A stretch of DNA of 64,000 bases from Lama glama (taxonomy: Eukaryota). Position 1 is the stretch's first letter. Each line of letters opens with the position of its first letter. The notes below the pieces were generated by a model. It did no database searches, was not told the origin of the DNA, and was given only the letters and a program-made list of their open reading frames with translations. The position numbers were made by a program, and so were the translations under genes. Shown piece by piece: positions 37,141 to 48,083 of the stretch. Location: positions 29,326,001-29,390,000 of the forward strand of contig CM052840.1 of assembly GCA_028534125.1 (NCBI GenBank). Reading direction: 5' to 3'.

Positions 37141-39779
37141 GGCCTCGCTAGGGGCCTCCCAACTCCAACCTTTCTGAACCTTCCCGTGCAGTTTAAAGTG
37201 TGTTGAGCTCCTGTGATCAGAGACACCGAGGGCTACACACCCTGCCCACATCTTCTCCTCCCATCCCAGCGGAGGGAGCTGAACAGCTGGGCAGGTGAAC
37301 TTGCCCTGGCGTTCTGGAAAACGCTCACAAGCCCTGGGATGTGCTCAGAAGCGCTGTCTCGCAGTTCCCTGTCCCTGGGGGCTGTCCTCTTGGCGCTCCG
37401 AAGACAGCTTCCTGGAGGAGCCGCGAGGGAGGGGCGGGGAGAGGTTGGTGGACTCCAGAGCTCACCTGAGGGCCCCCAGTGCTTGGGCGTTCCGTCTGTG
37501 CTCAGGGCCAAAGGAAACTGGTCAGAGGATAAAGGACTGGCCAAGTCCGCAGGGGACAGAGAGGGAGGCAAGAACGGGGAGGTGTGAGGGTGGGCACTGG
37601 GGGCGGTGTGCAGGGTGATATTCACCCAGCAGAGAGGGTTCCTTGTCTGGGAGCCCAGCATAGGAAAATCAGCTGGCGAGTCAATGGGACTTTGTTAGGA
37701 CAGCCCAGGGCGCAGCTGGCGCCAGCTTATGGGAGGCTCGGCTCCCCCTCCATAACGTGCTGTTTATCTGGCTTCCTGTCTCAGTGGCTGGGACACCGCT
37801 GGCTGGTTCACGTTCAGTGCTGAAAAGCCTGCGGCCTTGTTCAGGCTGCAGAGGCAGAGGCTTTGCGTCTTGTGAGGCTCTTGTTCTCCGAAGTGGCGTC
37901 CCCTGCAACGTGCGTATGATGGGGCGGCAGGACGCCACACAAAGAACCCTCCCTGAGCAGGCGGGGCTGCACTGCGGGGACCTGGGCTCCCTTCAGGCCA
38001 GGGACACTTGTGACTCCAGCCTACTCATTAATTTGTTTTTAATCCTACTTTGAATTTTGGTTTGTGTGCCTTTGGGATGAAACTGGGAGATGAGACAGCA
38101 TCCCAGTGACTGGACTTCCTCCCCCAGTCGAGCTCTGTCGTGGTCCGTGCTCTCCCTGGTGGTTCCTAGGGGAAGTTTTTGATGGGCCTCTGGTCCTGAG
38201 TCAGCCTGTGCTGCTCACTCCCTGGACGGTCAGAGAGCCGGTGATTCCTCACTCCTGCGCAGTCGGGGGCGGGGGACTGGTGCAGCTGGAGCAAGGAGTG
38301 CACAAGGCCTTTGTGACCTGTGCCCCAGCCTCTAGGGTCTCTTTCCTGAGCTTTCCAGGTGGAACTCCAGAAATGTGTCTGAACCCTCGGGGCTGGGGTA
38401 CAGGTCCCGCCCTCTGCTTTGTGTTTCCACCCCCTTGTGAACGCCTTCCTGCAAGACACCCAGCGCTTAGCAGGCATTTCATAAATGTTTGCCAAATTCA
38501 TGCAACTGGAAAAATTTAGGTACCACCCAGAGGCCTCTTACCCAACTCTGGTGCCCATTAATTCTTTGGGAATTGTTTGATTTGCCTTCACCCCCTTTTT
38601 TCCACCTCAAATCCTGATGCATTATGAGGCTGATCGACCCAAAGCACATGGGCCTTTTCTGGGATCTCCGTGGGGAGGACTGGCCTGTGCAAACTGAAAA
38701 CAGGACTGCTGGTTTTCCTTCCCTTCCCAAACTGGGCCCCTCCCGAGGCCACTGGTATCCGCTGAGCTTGAGCCCAGTGGAAAACCATCGCCTGGAGCAG
38801 GAAAGTCTCTTGTCCGTCTTTTAAAATTTGTCTCGTTTCATCTTTCCATTTTCCATCAGTGTCACTTTCCTCTTCTTTGAAAGTTCTTTCGAGTTCTTCA
38901 AGGGCTTGGCCTTTAGAAAAACTAGAATGTCTGAGTCAGAAGGCTCTCTTCCCCTCCCAGCCCCGCCCTGCCCTCCCCTCAACAGACAAGGGTCAGGGCC
39001 CACAGGAGGGGCGAGGGGCTCTGGGTGCGCAGCTGGGGCGCTGCAGGAGCCAGCCTGGCACAGGGCTCCTGGCCCTTCAGCAGATCCCCTTCTGCGATGG
39101 AAGTCCTCTCTCCCTGGTATTTCCATCCACGGATCTCAGCAGGTGTCACGTAGCTGTTGGCAAGAGAGAGGAACAGATACGAGGTAAGGAGAGCTTCTCT
39201 GTGATGCAGCCAGCCACCAGGTCTGCGTCTCGGGACCACGGAGAACGGAGAAGTGTGGTAAACACTTCATCTTTCTGGTCCAAGTCATAACAATCCTTAG
39301 AAACACTTTTAGTTCCTTCTTCAACTTAAAAAAAAGAACACAAAACACCGCAGCAACTTTTCAAGTGGAACCCCCCCCCCCCCCGCCCGTAAACACTTTC
39401 CTGGGCCTGGCCCGTCCCCTCCCCTCCTAGGAAGGCTGACTCAGGCCCGATTTCCTCCAAGGGGCCTGGGGCTGTGCTTCCCAGCTTCCTGTGACTCTTG
39501 GGACGTGAAGGGAGGCAGGATGGCCCTGACCCCGGTCACTCTGACCTGCCGGGGGTGGGGGTGGTCCCACTCCCCGTGTGGTCGGCACCCCACCCGCCCC
39601 ACCAGATCTGTTTGCTCTGCTTGGTTTTAGTAGGAGCTGTGTGGATAGGCGTGAAAAATTAAAGGTGCTGGTGCACATGCCAACGCCAAGGACGGTTAAC
39701 AAGGAGATGCTTCCCCTTCTAGGGGCCCTGAGACCGTTCTGATGGCCGGTCCTCGGGTGCCCCGAACGCTCCCCCGCGT

Positions 39780-40280
39780 GGGCTGGTTCTCCTCCTCTTT
39801 GGCGTTGCTCGCTGCTGGTTTACGGAAACACAGCTGATCTGCGTGTGGCTCTTGTGTGCCTGAGACATTTGCTTGTTAGCTCCTGGGGCTTTTCAGTGTG
39901 TGGACTCTGGGGGATTTTCCGTCTGCAGAGTCATGTCAGCTGTGAGTAGAGAGTCTGACTTCTTTCCCAACGCGGATGCCTCTTCTTTCTCTTCCTTCCC
40001 TGACTGCTCTGGCCCGAGCCTCCAGTCCAGTGTGGAGTGGCCGGGGCGGGAGCTGGCAGCCCACCTGGCTTCTGGTCTTAGAGGCCAAGCTTTCAGCCCT
40101 TCGCCTCTGCGTTTGGCGAAGGCCGAGGGTTGCTCCTAGACGTGCTCTGCCGTGTGGACGCGGAGGGCCTTGGGTTTTGCCGGGAGCCTTGTCTCTGCCA
40201 GCTGAGGGCGCCGTGTGTCGTGGTGCGCTGCGCTGCCTGGTTTCCTTGTGCTGAAGTGCCCTTGGCTTCCTGGGCAGAGT
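39780..40280 (-). mobile_element. L1 ORF2 fragment, GC-shifted
   Basis: gggattttccgtctgcagagtcatgtcagctgtgagtagagag...ggtcttagaggccaagctttcagcccttc resembles antisense L1 RT-region sequence. Confidence 0.7.
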
Positions 40281-40439
40281 CCCTCCCTCTGAAAGCTTGT
40301 CTTTAAAATACGCACAGTTTCATTTCTTTTATTTAAAAAAGTGCAGAAAATGTGTAAAGTGCTAAAACATTCTGTAGTTGGGCGGTTGATGCACATGTAT
40401 TGTATTTTTCTTTAAGGTCACTGCACTTTAAACATTAAA

Positions 40440-40660
40440 AAGGTTATTGTGGTAAAATTGGCCGCTTAAGTCCCTTCACGTGCACAGCTCGGTGGCACGG
40501 AGTGTGCCCGCAGGGCTGTGTCACCGCGTCGCCGTCCTGCTCCAGAACCTCGTCATCCTCCCAGACTGAACTCTGTCCTGTTACACAGTCGCTCTCCGCC
40601 CCCTCCCCTGCCCCCCAGCCTCTGGAACCGCCACCCACCTTCAGTCTCTGTGAGCTTGTG
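40440..40660 (-). mobile_element. L1MB-like 3' end
   Basis: ttattgtggtaaaa...ccagaacctcgtcatcctcccagactgaactctgtcc...cccccagcctctggaaccgcca. Confidence 0.7.
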
Positions 40661-42714
40661 AAACCTCTGCAGTAACTAGAAAAGCCAGGACTCTGAGGCT
40701 TTGAAGGGTTGAAGGACCTCAACCCGCACTGAAGGGAGGCATCTTAGAAGGATTTGACTCAGATCTTCTTGGCTTACAAACACTCCCTTGGCCACCGCCC
40801 CCACGTCAGAGATGTCTGACCAGCCCAGGGGTAGACGCGAGCTGACTGGGGGCTCGGAGGGCCCCGGCGGCCCCAGCGTGAGCTGCGTGCCTCTGGCTCC
40901 GTGGTTCAGTCTCGACGGCGCGCTGGGGTCCGCTGAGAGCTCCGGGAAGATGCCGGTTCAGGGGCTCAGCCCGAGAGTCAGCTTTGGTTGGCTGGGATGG
41001 CAGCTCCGGGCTCTGTTTTAAAAGCTCCCTCAGTGAGTCTGTAGCGCTGGGAGGGTCCCAACTACTCGGTGGACCCCTTGGCTGGCCACCACCTTCAGTG
41101 ACGCAGTTCCCTCACCACTGAGTGACCCGCTTCCCGTCCCTCCTCTGACGTTAACTTGTAAGTAGAACGGATGCCAACTTTGTGGAATTAAACCTTCAAA
41201 GAAAGAGCCGTGACTGTCATGGTGCCCTGTTCCCTCTTCAGAGACAGCAGCCCCTCTGAAACGTGCCCTTGGGCCCCTCCGGTGCTGGGGGCCCCCGGCA
41301 TCGGCCCGTGTTGGGATGCTCTCGTCCGTCAAGGCTACTCCTGTGTTAGTCTCGGGGTGTGACGGCCGCCCTTTGGTGAAGACAGCAGCGGGTGGTGGGC
41401 GTCACCAAGCGACAAAGCAGGAGGTCAGCAGTCCACCACGCGGAGCAGTGCCGCAGTCTGCGGTGACGGCCCTCCGCATCTAGAGACCACCCCGGGCGCC
41501 GCCCCGTTTCTTCCTCTGCCCTCAGCAGCCCCGTCTCCTCCAGGTCTTCCTCGCTGGATGTGTTCTCGCGTGTTTCCTGAGGAGACGGGTGATACGTCGT
41601 AGGCAGAGTCTGGACCATGAAACGAGCCAGGTCTGGACTTAAGTTCAGATCTTGACTTTGCATGTAAAGTCCTTGGCCCACGACGAGTGTCCAGTAAATA
41701 CTGTTGAAGCCACTGTCTCCCCCCGGCGTCAGCAGCGCCATCTGTGGGGCTTGGGGCAGCCAGCAGACCTCGCCGAGGCCCCGCTTCTGTCCCAGGAAGA
41801 GCTGAATGAAAGTGCCTCACTCATAACACATGCTCCCCCACTTTCGTGACCCCCGCCTTCCTCCTTCCCCCGCCCCAGGGATCCCGGCCACCCGGCCAGC
41901 TTGGGAAGCCTGGTCGGAGAGCGACTGGACCCTGCGGGACCGTGGAGCCTGACTGGCCCCTGGGGTGCTCAGGGTGAGAACCCCCGTCGCCCCCCGTTGT
42001 AGGGATCTCCCGCAGCACAAGCCGTGGTCCACCTCCGTCCGAATGCGTCGTGTGCAGCGTGGGAGGCGGCCCCTGGTCCCGAGCTCCCTGGCACAGACCC
42101 TCCGTGGGCAGATCGCCGTTACCAGCTGGGCACAGCAGCTCTCTCCAGCTCGTGGACCTCCTGCAGCAGGCGTCGAGGAGGGGCGTGGAGGAAGAAAGCA
42201 GGCGGAGTCCCACAGCATCTTTTGCTCTTTACTGTTCATGTCTCCTGGTGCTCTTTGGGTGTCCCCTCGCTTTTCACAGACTTCCAGCAGAGCGCAGACT
42301 AGGTCCCGCAGAGGACTGCCCACGCCGGTCACCGGTGCCTCTTTTCCCAGCTCATTGGTGCAGATAATTGAGTTGACTGGGCAGGAGTCTCTGGGAGCTG
42401 CTAAGATACCAACTGTCCTGTCTGCTCTCCTTTCAACAAAGGAGACAGCTGAGCCCGGGGGAGGAGCCCCAGCTGGGACCCAGCTCCGCCTGTCCCTTGT
42501 TGGGGGAGGTTCTGGGTCCCTGCCGCCCCCCCCAGCACCGCCACACCGCGCACGCCCTCCCCGCTCGGGGCAGGGCGGCGTCACAGGGGCTTCGCACGGC
42601 GTCAGCAGAGCCACCCCCTCTCTGGGGGGACGGTGGCAGCTGTGGGGTCGGGGCGACACCTGACTCCCCAGGGAGGGGAGAGGCGCTGCCACGGGAAGCT
42701 GCTTCCGACGTTGA

Positions 42715-43045
42715 ACGTTTTCTCCCCGTGATGTTGTATTTTGAAAAACATCAAGTCGGTGGAGGAGGTCAGTGACGCGTGAATGTCTGGATTCACTGAT
42801 GGGTAATGTTTTGCTGCGATACTGTCTCTCTCTCTCCACATAGATGTATGTACTAGAACTTTCCTGAGCCCTTTGAAAATAACCTGCTGACACGGTCACG
42901 CGTAACCCCTAAATGCTTCCCGTGCGTTTCCTAAGAGCAAGGGCCCACGGCCCACAGCCCCAGTCCCAGCTGGCGACGCTGAGTGTGACACAACTAGTTA
43001 GCAAATGGGCCGCATTCAGACTCCCCAGTCGTTCCCCAAATACCC
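42715..43045 (-). mobile_element. L1MC-like 3' end
   Basis: ttttgaaaaacatcaag...ctgagccctttgaaaataacctgctgacac...cccctaaatgcttcccgtgcgtttcctaagagcaaggg. Confidence 0.65.
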
Positions 43046-44559
43046 GCTAGGGAGCCGTGCTGTGGCTGAGCTGTAGTTTCCAACCCCAGAAAGGGGGGGT
43101 GGAGGTCGTGACCCCGTAAGTTGGGACGGGGTACCAGGATGAGCCGTCACTGCGGTTCCAGGCTGTGCGTCCTGGGACAACGAGAGACAGAGAAGATCTT
43201 ACGCTCACAGAAAGCCTTCTCAGTGTCACTCACAGCCCTTGTGCCCTCCTTGCCTCGGGAGGCATGGGGACCTGCTCGGCTGTCCCTGCTTACAGATGAG
43301 CAGAGTGAGATCGGGGCCCTCCGAGGCTGGTATTACACGATGCTCACGTGGTTCAGACGCTGCAGGTGGCCTGTGCTGGTCATCTGGAAGCTGGCTCAGC
43401 GTGGCTGTGGCTGCCAGGCGGACTGCAATGGAGAATACAGTGTTGTGTGACTGAGGGGGGTCTCTGGGACCCTCGTCTTGTCAGGGGGTTCAAAGCGTCC
43501 CCAAACAGGAAACCCAGACTTGAGATCATAGGTGCAAAATAACCAATGAGAGGAATGAAAATCCAATGTTGTGGGAGGAAGTGGAGGCAAAGAGAGATTC
43601 TTGCTTTCAACTCTTTTGTCGGGAAATGATAGGTACTGTCTAAAGGTGACAAGGCAGGGAGTCGTGCAGTCAGCGCGTTATCTGGCGCTGTGGGCTAACC
43701 GCGCAGGAACTGGTAACCGTGGGCTCTTCAGGCAGCAGGAGGGGCTGGGAGAGGGGCCGGCAGAGGGGGCGTCATACGGTCTCTGGCCCGCGTGGTGGCG
43801 GCCCCCGTAGGCGTGGTGAGGCAGGCAGGTTTGAATTCAGATGTTTCGATGTGTGGACGCAGAGGGGGGACAGGGCAGAGGGCCGGGCGCGGCCTGCAGC
43901 ACTGAGCCCAGCCCGAGCAGGCCAGCTGGGCTTCCCCTGACAGAGCCCCAGGACACAGCGCACCCCGGAGGGTGCAGTGCACCCCACACCACAAAGGAAG
44001 CGTTGATATTTTTGTCGTAAAAATTTTTAAAAACTTTCCAAAGTATTTGGACTTCGGCAGTTCATTTCTTAATAATTTCATCTTGGCCATTTCTCGGTAA
44101 TCCTGAACGCAGACAGACATTATTGCAAAGTGAGAAACAGTTTACCTGCCAGTTACTTTCAAATATAACCCACTTTATGAAAAGTAAAGGTAATTATCGA
44201 TTCAGCTGATACTCAGCTCCGTTTGACAGACACGGTCCTCTTGGCCAGCTTCAGTTCTGTGCTTGTATTGTGTGTTTTGGAACCCAGAACATTTTCTTGC
44301 GGGCCTCAAAAGGGCGCCTGGGCCTTCTGTCTGGAAACTGGTGGGGCGGGTTGAGTGCAGAGGTAGCCCCGGGGGATGTACGGGCGGGGGTGGGACCCAC
44401 ACCGCTCAGGGCAGTCATGGCCTGAGCCTGGAGCGGAGCTGAGCCTGACGGGAGTCCCAGGTCCCAGATCCCACCTCCTGCCCCTCCTGAGGTCTGTACT
44501 GCGGAAGCGCCTCTGGTTTAGGGAACAGCCGTCATTGACGACTTCGCAGCCAACACCTC

Positions 44560-44720
44560 ATTTTCTCCTTGTGGCAATGCTGCCAGGTGGCAGGACAGAC
44601 GTTCCCCTTTCTACAGCTGGTGAAATCGGGACTCAGAGAGGGTAGGTAACTTGCCCAAAGCCACACAGCTTCAGGGAATCAGGTGGGAACTCAGGCCTCT
44701 GGCTCCTGATCTTTGCCTCT
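44560..44720 (-). mobile_element. MIR SINE
   Basis: tacagctggtgaaatcgggactcagagagggtaggtaacttgcccaaagccacacagct. Confidence 0.75.
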
Positions 44721-46629
44721 CAAGGCCCCCCACAGCCTGGACGCACAGGAGCGCAGCCTCTTTAATGGCCCGTGGGCCTGAACGACAGGCGTCACATCGG
44801 TTACCCAAATGCAGAAATCACAGTGGGTTTTTGTGGCTAACTTTGCTGTGGCGTTTGTGTTGACAGTCCTTCAGATTTGCCTTTCAAGAAAAGCTACGTG
44901 AAGGTGCGTCCCCGACGTTACCACGGTTGCAGGCGTCACCCAGTCAGTCCGAGCGACACTGTGAACGTGTTACAGGTTGCGTTCTGGCTCTCTCCTCAGA
45001 GATGAAATTAAGTGCCTTTGGCCTGAATGCAGGCCTGTGTTAGTCTGGCAAAACACTGAGACTTGCTTCTTAGCTGTTCCGGGGTGAGTATGCCCCCGCG
45101 ACAGTTTACACGTCTCCCGTGGAATCACCCTGACTCTGCTGTGCCCTAGCTCCCCACCCAGGGTCGTCGCCCAGACGCTCCTCTAAGGCCCCATCACACC
45201 TCTGAGTCATCGCCTCACTTCCTCTTGCTGGCTACAGACAGGAATCGGAGGCCACTAGGGAGGCCCAGAAAGTGACCACAGGGTTGGAGCGGCCGTGGGA
45301 AGAGGGTGGGAAGGGCCCCTGCTGAGCCCCACAGAGGCCGGGACACTCCCACCCATGTCCAGTTGCAGACAAAGGACTCCGTGTCGGGGATGCTGGCTTG
45401 GGGCTGGCGTGCCGACGTGTCTGGGAGCCGCCGCCCAGGGCACAGAAGTGCCCAGTGGGCCACGCTCGGCGGGATGTGGGGCTGGAAGTGGCCTCGCTGG
45501 GTCCTGGCCCAGAGGAGGGCTCAGGAAACGCTTGGTCTTGATTCCTCGAGGGAAGGGGTAGCTTGTCCATAAGCTGAGGGCCAGGCGGCCAGGGCGTCCG
45601 CCCCCTCTCCTGCACATGGCGCTGAGTCTCCCCACAGGTGAGAGCCCATCTGCTGCCCCCCAGCCACTCGCTGGCCCGGGGTCCCTGGGGCAGGAGATGT
45701 GGAGGAACGTGTGGACTTCAGAGTCAGCCCTGGCCCCTGCCACCCCTGGGCTTCCGTCTCGTCATCTGTGGGATGGAGACAGTCGTCCTGCCCCAGAGGG
45801 TGTCACGAGCTGCCTGGCGTGGAGCAGATGCTGGTCACCACCATCGTTCTCCATCCGGGCACCCCCCGGATCAGGCACCCTGCGGCTCGCTGTCCCTGGT
45901 CCTTGGAGGGTACATGCGGGCTGGGCCAGTGATGGAGACAGCGCAAAAGCTCAGCTCCCCAGTCCTGCAGACCTCACTTCTGGGGGGTTCATCCCTGAAG
46001 GGGTGTTTGTGTGCCAGTCGGGGGTGCTTCCCTGCTAGGGGTCCGACGGACGAGGAGGCAGTGGTACGGGCTCTGAGACATACGAGCCCTCCGGGCCCCA
46101 CTGGGCTCCAGGCTGCAGGCCTCTGGGGGCTGTTGGGCAAGGCCTGCCTGTCATCTGGCCATGCTGCGTTTCCAGGGTGTTGTGAGCTGCCCCGGCTTCT
46201 GGGGGAGGAGCCGCAGATGTGGCCCAGGCAAAGTCCACGGGCAGGCAGCAGGTTAGAAGTGCTGAGCTCGAGCCCCAGGAGCCGGGGTGCAGCTGGGGCC
46301 ACCGCGCTTCCGTCTCCCTGGCAGTTGGGCACCAGGGAGGGCTCGGCCCGGAGGCCTTCGAGGCGAGGCGGGAGGCAGGCCTGATCTGTGAGCCGGGAGG
46401 AGCCGCGCTCGCTGGCCCATGGACGGGAGCTGGCTCCCTGTTTGCGTCCATCTGCCTCTCTGTAGAGAGACCTGGGCGGTTGCCTGGAGCAGCCGGAGAT
46501 GGACACAGCCGAGCGAGCCTCCAGTCTAAGAGCAGCAGCAGGAGGCTGTCCCCGCCGTCCAGCACCCGCACGCCGGCCCCGCGCTGGCCTCCCCTGCAGC
46601 CCCGAGGGCGGGAATCCTTCCTGCCCTGC

Positions 46630-46990
46630 CGTGTTTTAATTGAGGTTTGAGTTACAGGGAAGTGCACAAACCCTAGGTGTCCAGTGTGATGTGCTTAACA
46701 CATGAACGTGCCTTCCTAACCATTCCCCGATCAGACGCAGAACACTCCCCAGCCCAGAGTTTCCTCCCGTCCCCCCCACGCCTGTCAGCGCCCCCCCACC
46801 TCCATCTTTCTGACGTTCATCACCCGGATCCCTGGTGCCTGTTCCTGAATGTCGGACACGCGGGGTCGTTTGGTGGGTTCTGCTCTGTGTCCGCGTCCTC
46901 CGCTCTGGGTACCGTCTCTGAGACTCGTCCGTGTTGAAGGATGTAGTTCGTGCCTTTTAATTTCTGATGTTCGGATAAGCCAGTCGGTGC
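46630..46990 (-). mobile_element. Old L1 3' end fragment
   Basis: ttttaattgaggtttgagttacagggaagtgcacaaaccctaggtgtccag...gagactcgtccgtgttg. Confidence 0.65.
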
Positions 46991-47637
46991 ACCAGGCGGG
47001 GGCTCTTGCCCTGTCTCACTGCCCCAGGCCCGCCTCCCCGCACCAGGAGGGTCTCTGCGGGGATTTGGAGAGTGAAGCTAAGCTGGAATGCTCTGGGGTC
47101 GGCAGTGTCTCCTCACTGTGCCCAGACCACCTCCTGTTTCATGGCTCCCTGTGTGTGGACACGATGCCTTCATGGACTGGGAGCCACCTTTCCCTCCCAG
47201 AATAGAAAGTTCAGAGCACTGGACGCAGAAGTGTCGGCCCTGCAGGTGGGAACAGGGAGATGCGGGCGGGACTTTAGCCAGAGGCTCCAAGGGGTGTCTG
47301 ACCAAGCGCCCGTAGCTCCAGGTGGGCTCTGGTCACTGGAGGGACCCCAGCACCTGTTCCAGACCTGGCACAGGTGGGCTTCCGAGAGCAGGTACTGAGT
47401 GGACTGGAGGACTGCAAGAGGGGAGCCGGGCAGCAAGTGGGCTGTCCAGGCGAGGGCAGGCCTGCAGGGAAGGCAGGGCAGAGTGGCTGGGAAGCCGTGG
47501 GAGGGACACGCAGAGAGGGGACTCAAGGAGGCGCGCGGGCTTCCTGGAAGAGCCTGCTGCTCCTCAGTGTGGAGCCGGTGACATGTCTGGCCTCCCTTAG
47601 TCTCAGAGTCCTCAGCCGGCAAAGGGGTACCGCAGCA

Positions 47638-48083
47638 CGTGTCCATCTGCCGGACCCACCGCGACAAAGCACTGCAAACGGGCAGCTTACAGCAGCAGAA
47701 ACCGATCGTCTCGGTTCTGGGAGCTGGAAGTCCGAGCTCGCGGTGCCGGCAGGGCCGCGCCCCCTCTAGACCTGCAGGGGAGGGTCCTTCCTGCTTCTTC
47801 TGGCGCCTGGTGTTGCCGGCAGCCCTTGGCGGCTGGACACATCGCCCCAGTCTCTGCATCCATTGTCGCGAGGCTGTCGTCCCCCTGCGGTCCTCTCTCG
47901 TCCCCCCGTGGGCACCTGTGCCCGCATTTCCTCCTCTAATGACACCCAGCTCATAAGGCCAGCCCTACCCCAGGGTGACCTCACCTGAACTGAAGGCATC
48001 TGTCGCGACCCCGTTTCCAAGCGAGGTCACAGCCTGCGATGGTTAGTGTTTCTTTTTCTGATGACACAGTTCAACCCCTAGCA
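47638..48083 (-). mobile_element. MLT1 (MaLR) LTR, CpG-rich
   Basis: gttctgggagctggaagtccgag...ggcagggcc...ttccaagcgaggtcaca...gacacagttcaacccctagca. Confidence 0.8.

Noticed and set aside
38038-38043. Minus-strand ATTAAA as the definitive end of the hidden gene
   Set aside because: Plausible after the 38588 stop, but further exon-like blocks continue below 36 kb, so I could not assign it.
41817-42899. 360-aa minus-strand ORF as a single-exon gene
   Set aside because: It starts inside an L1 3' relic. Only 42429-42123 looks exon-like, and that part is treated within the gene relic.
43170-43294. Junction-formed TGA as a selenocysteine codon
   Set aside because: No SECIS identified, and other blocks contain TAG stops; ordinary decay is the simpler explanation.
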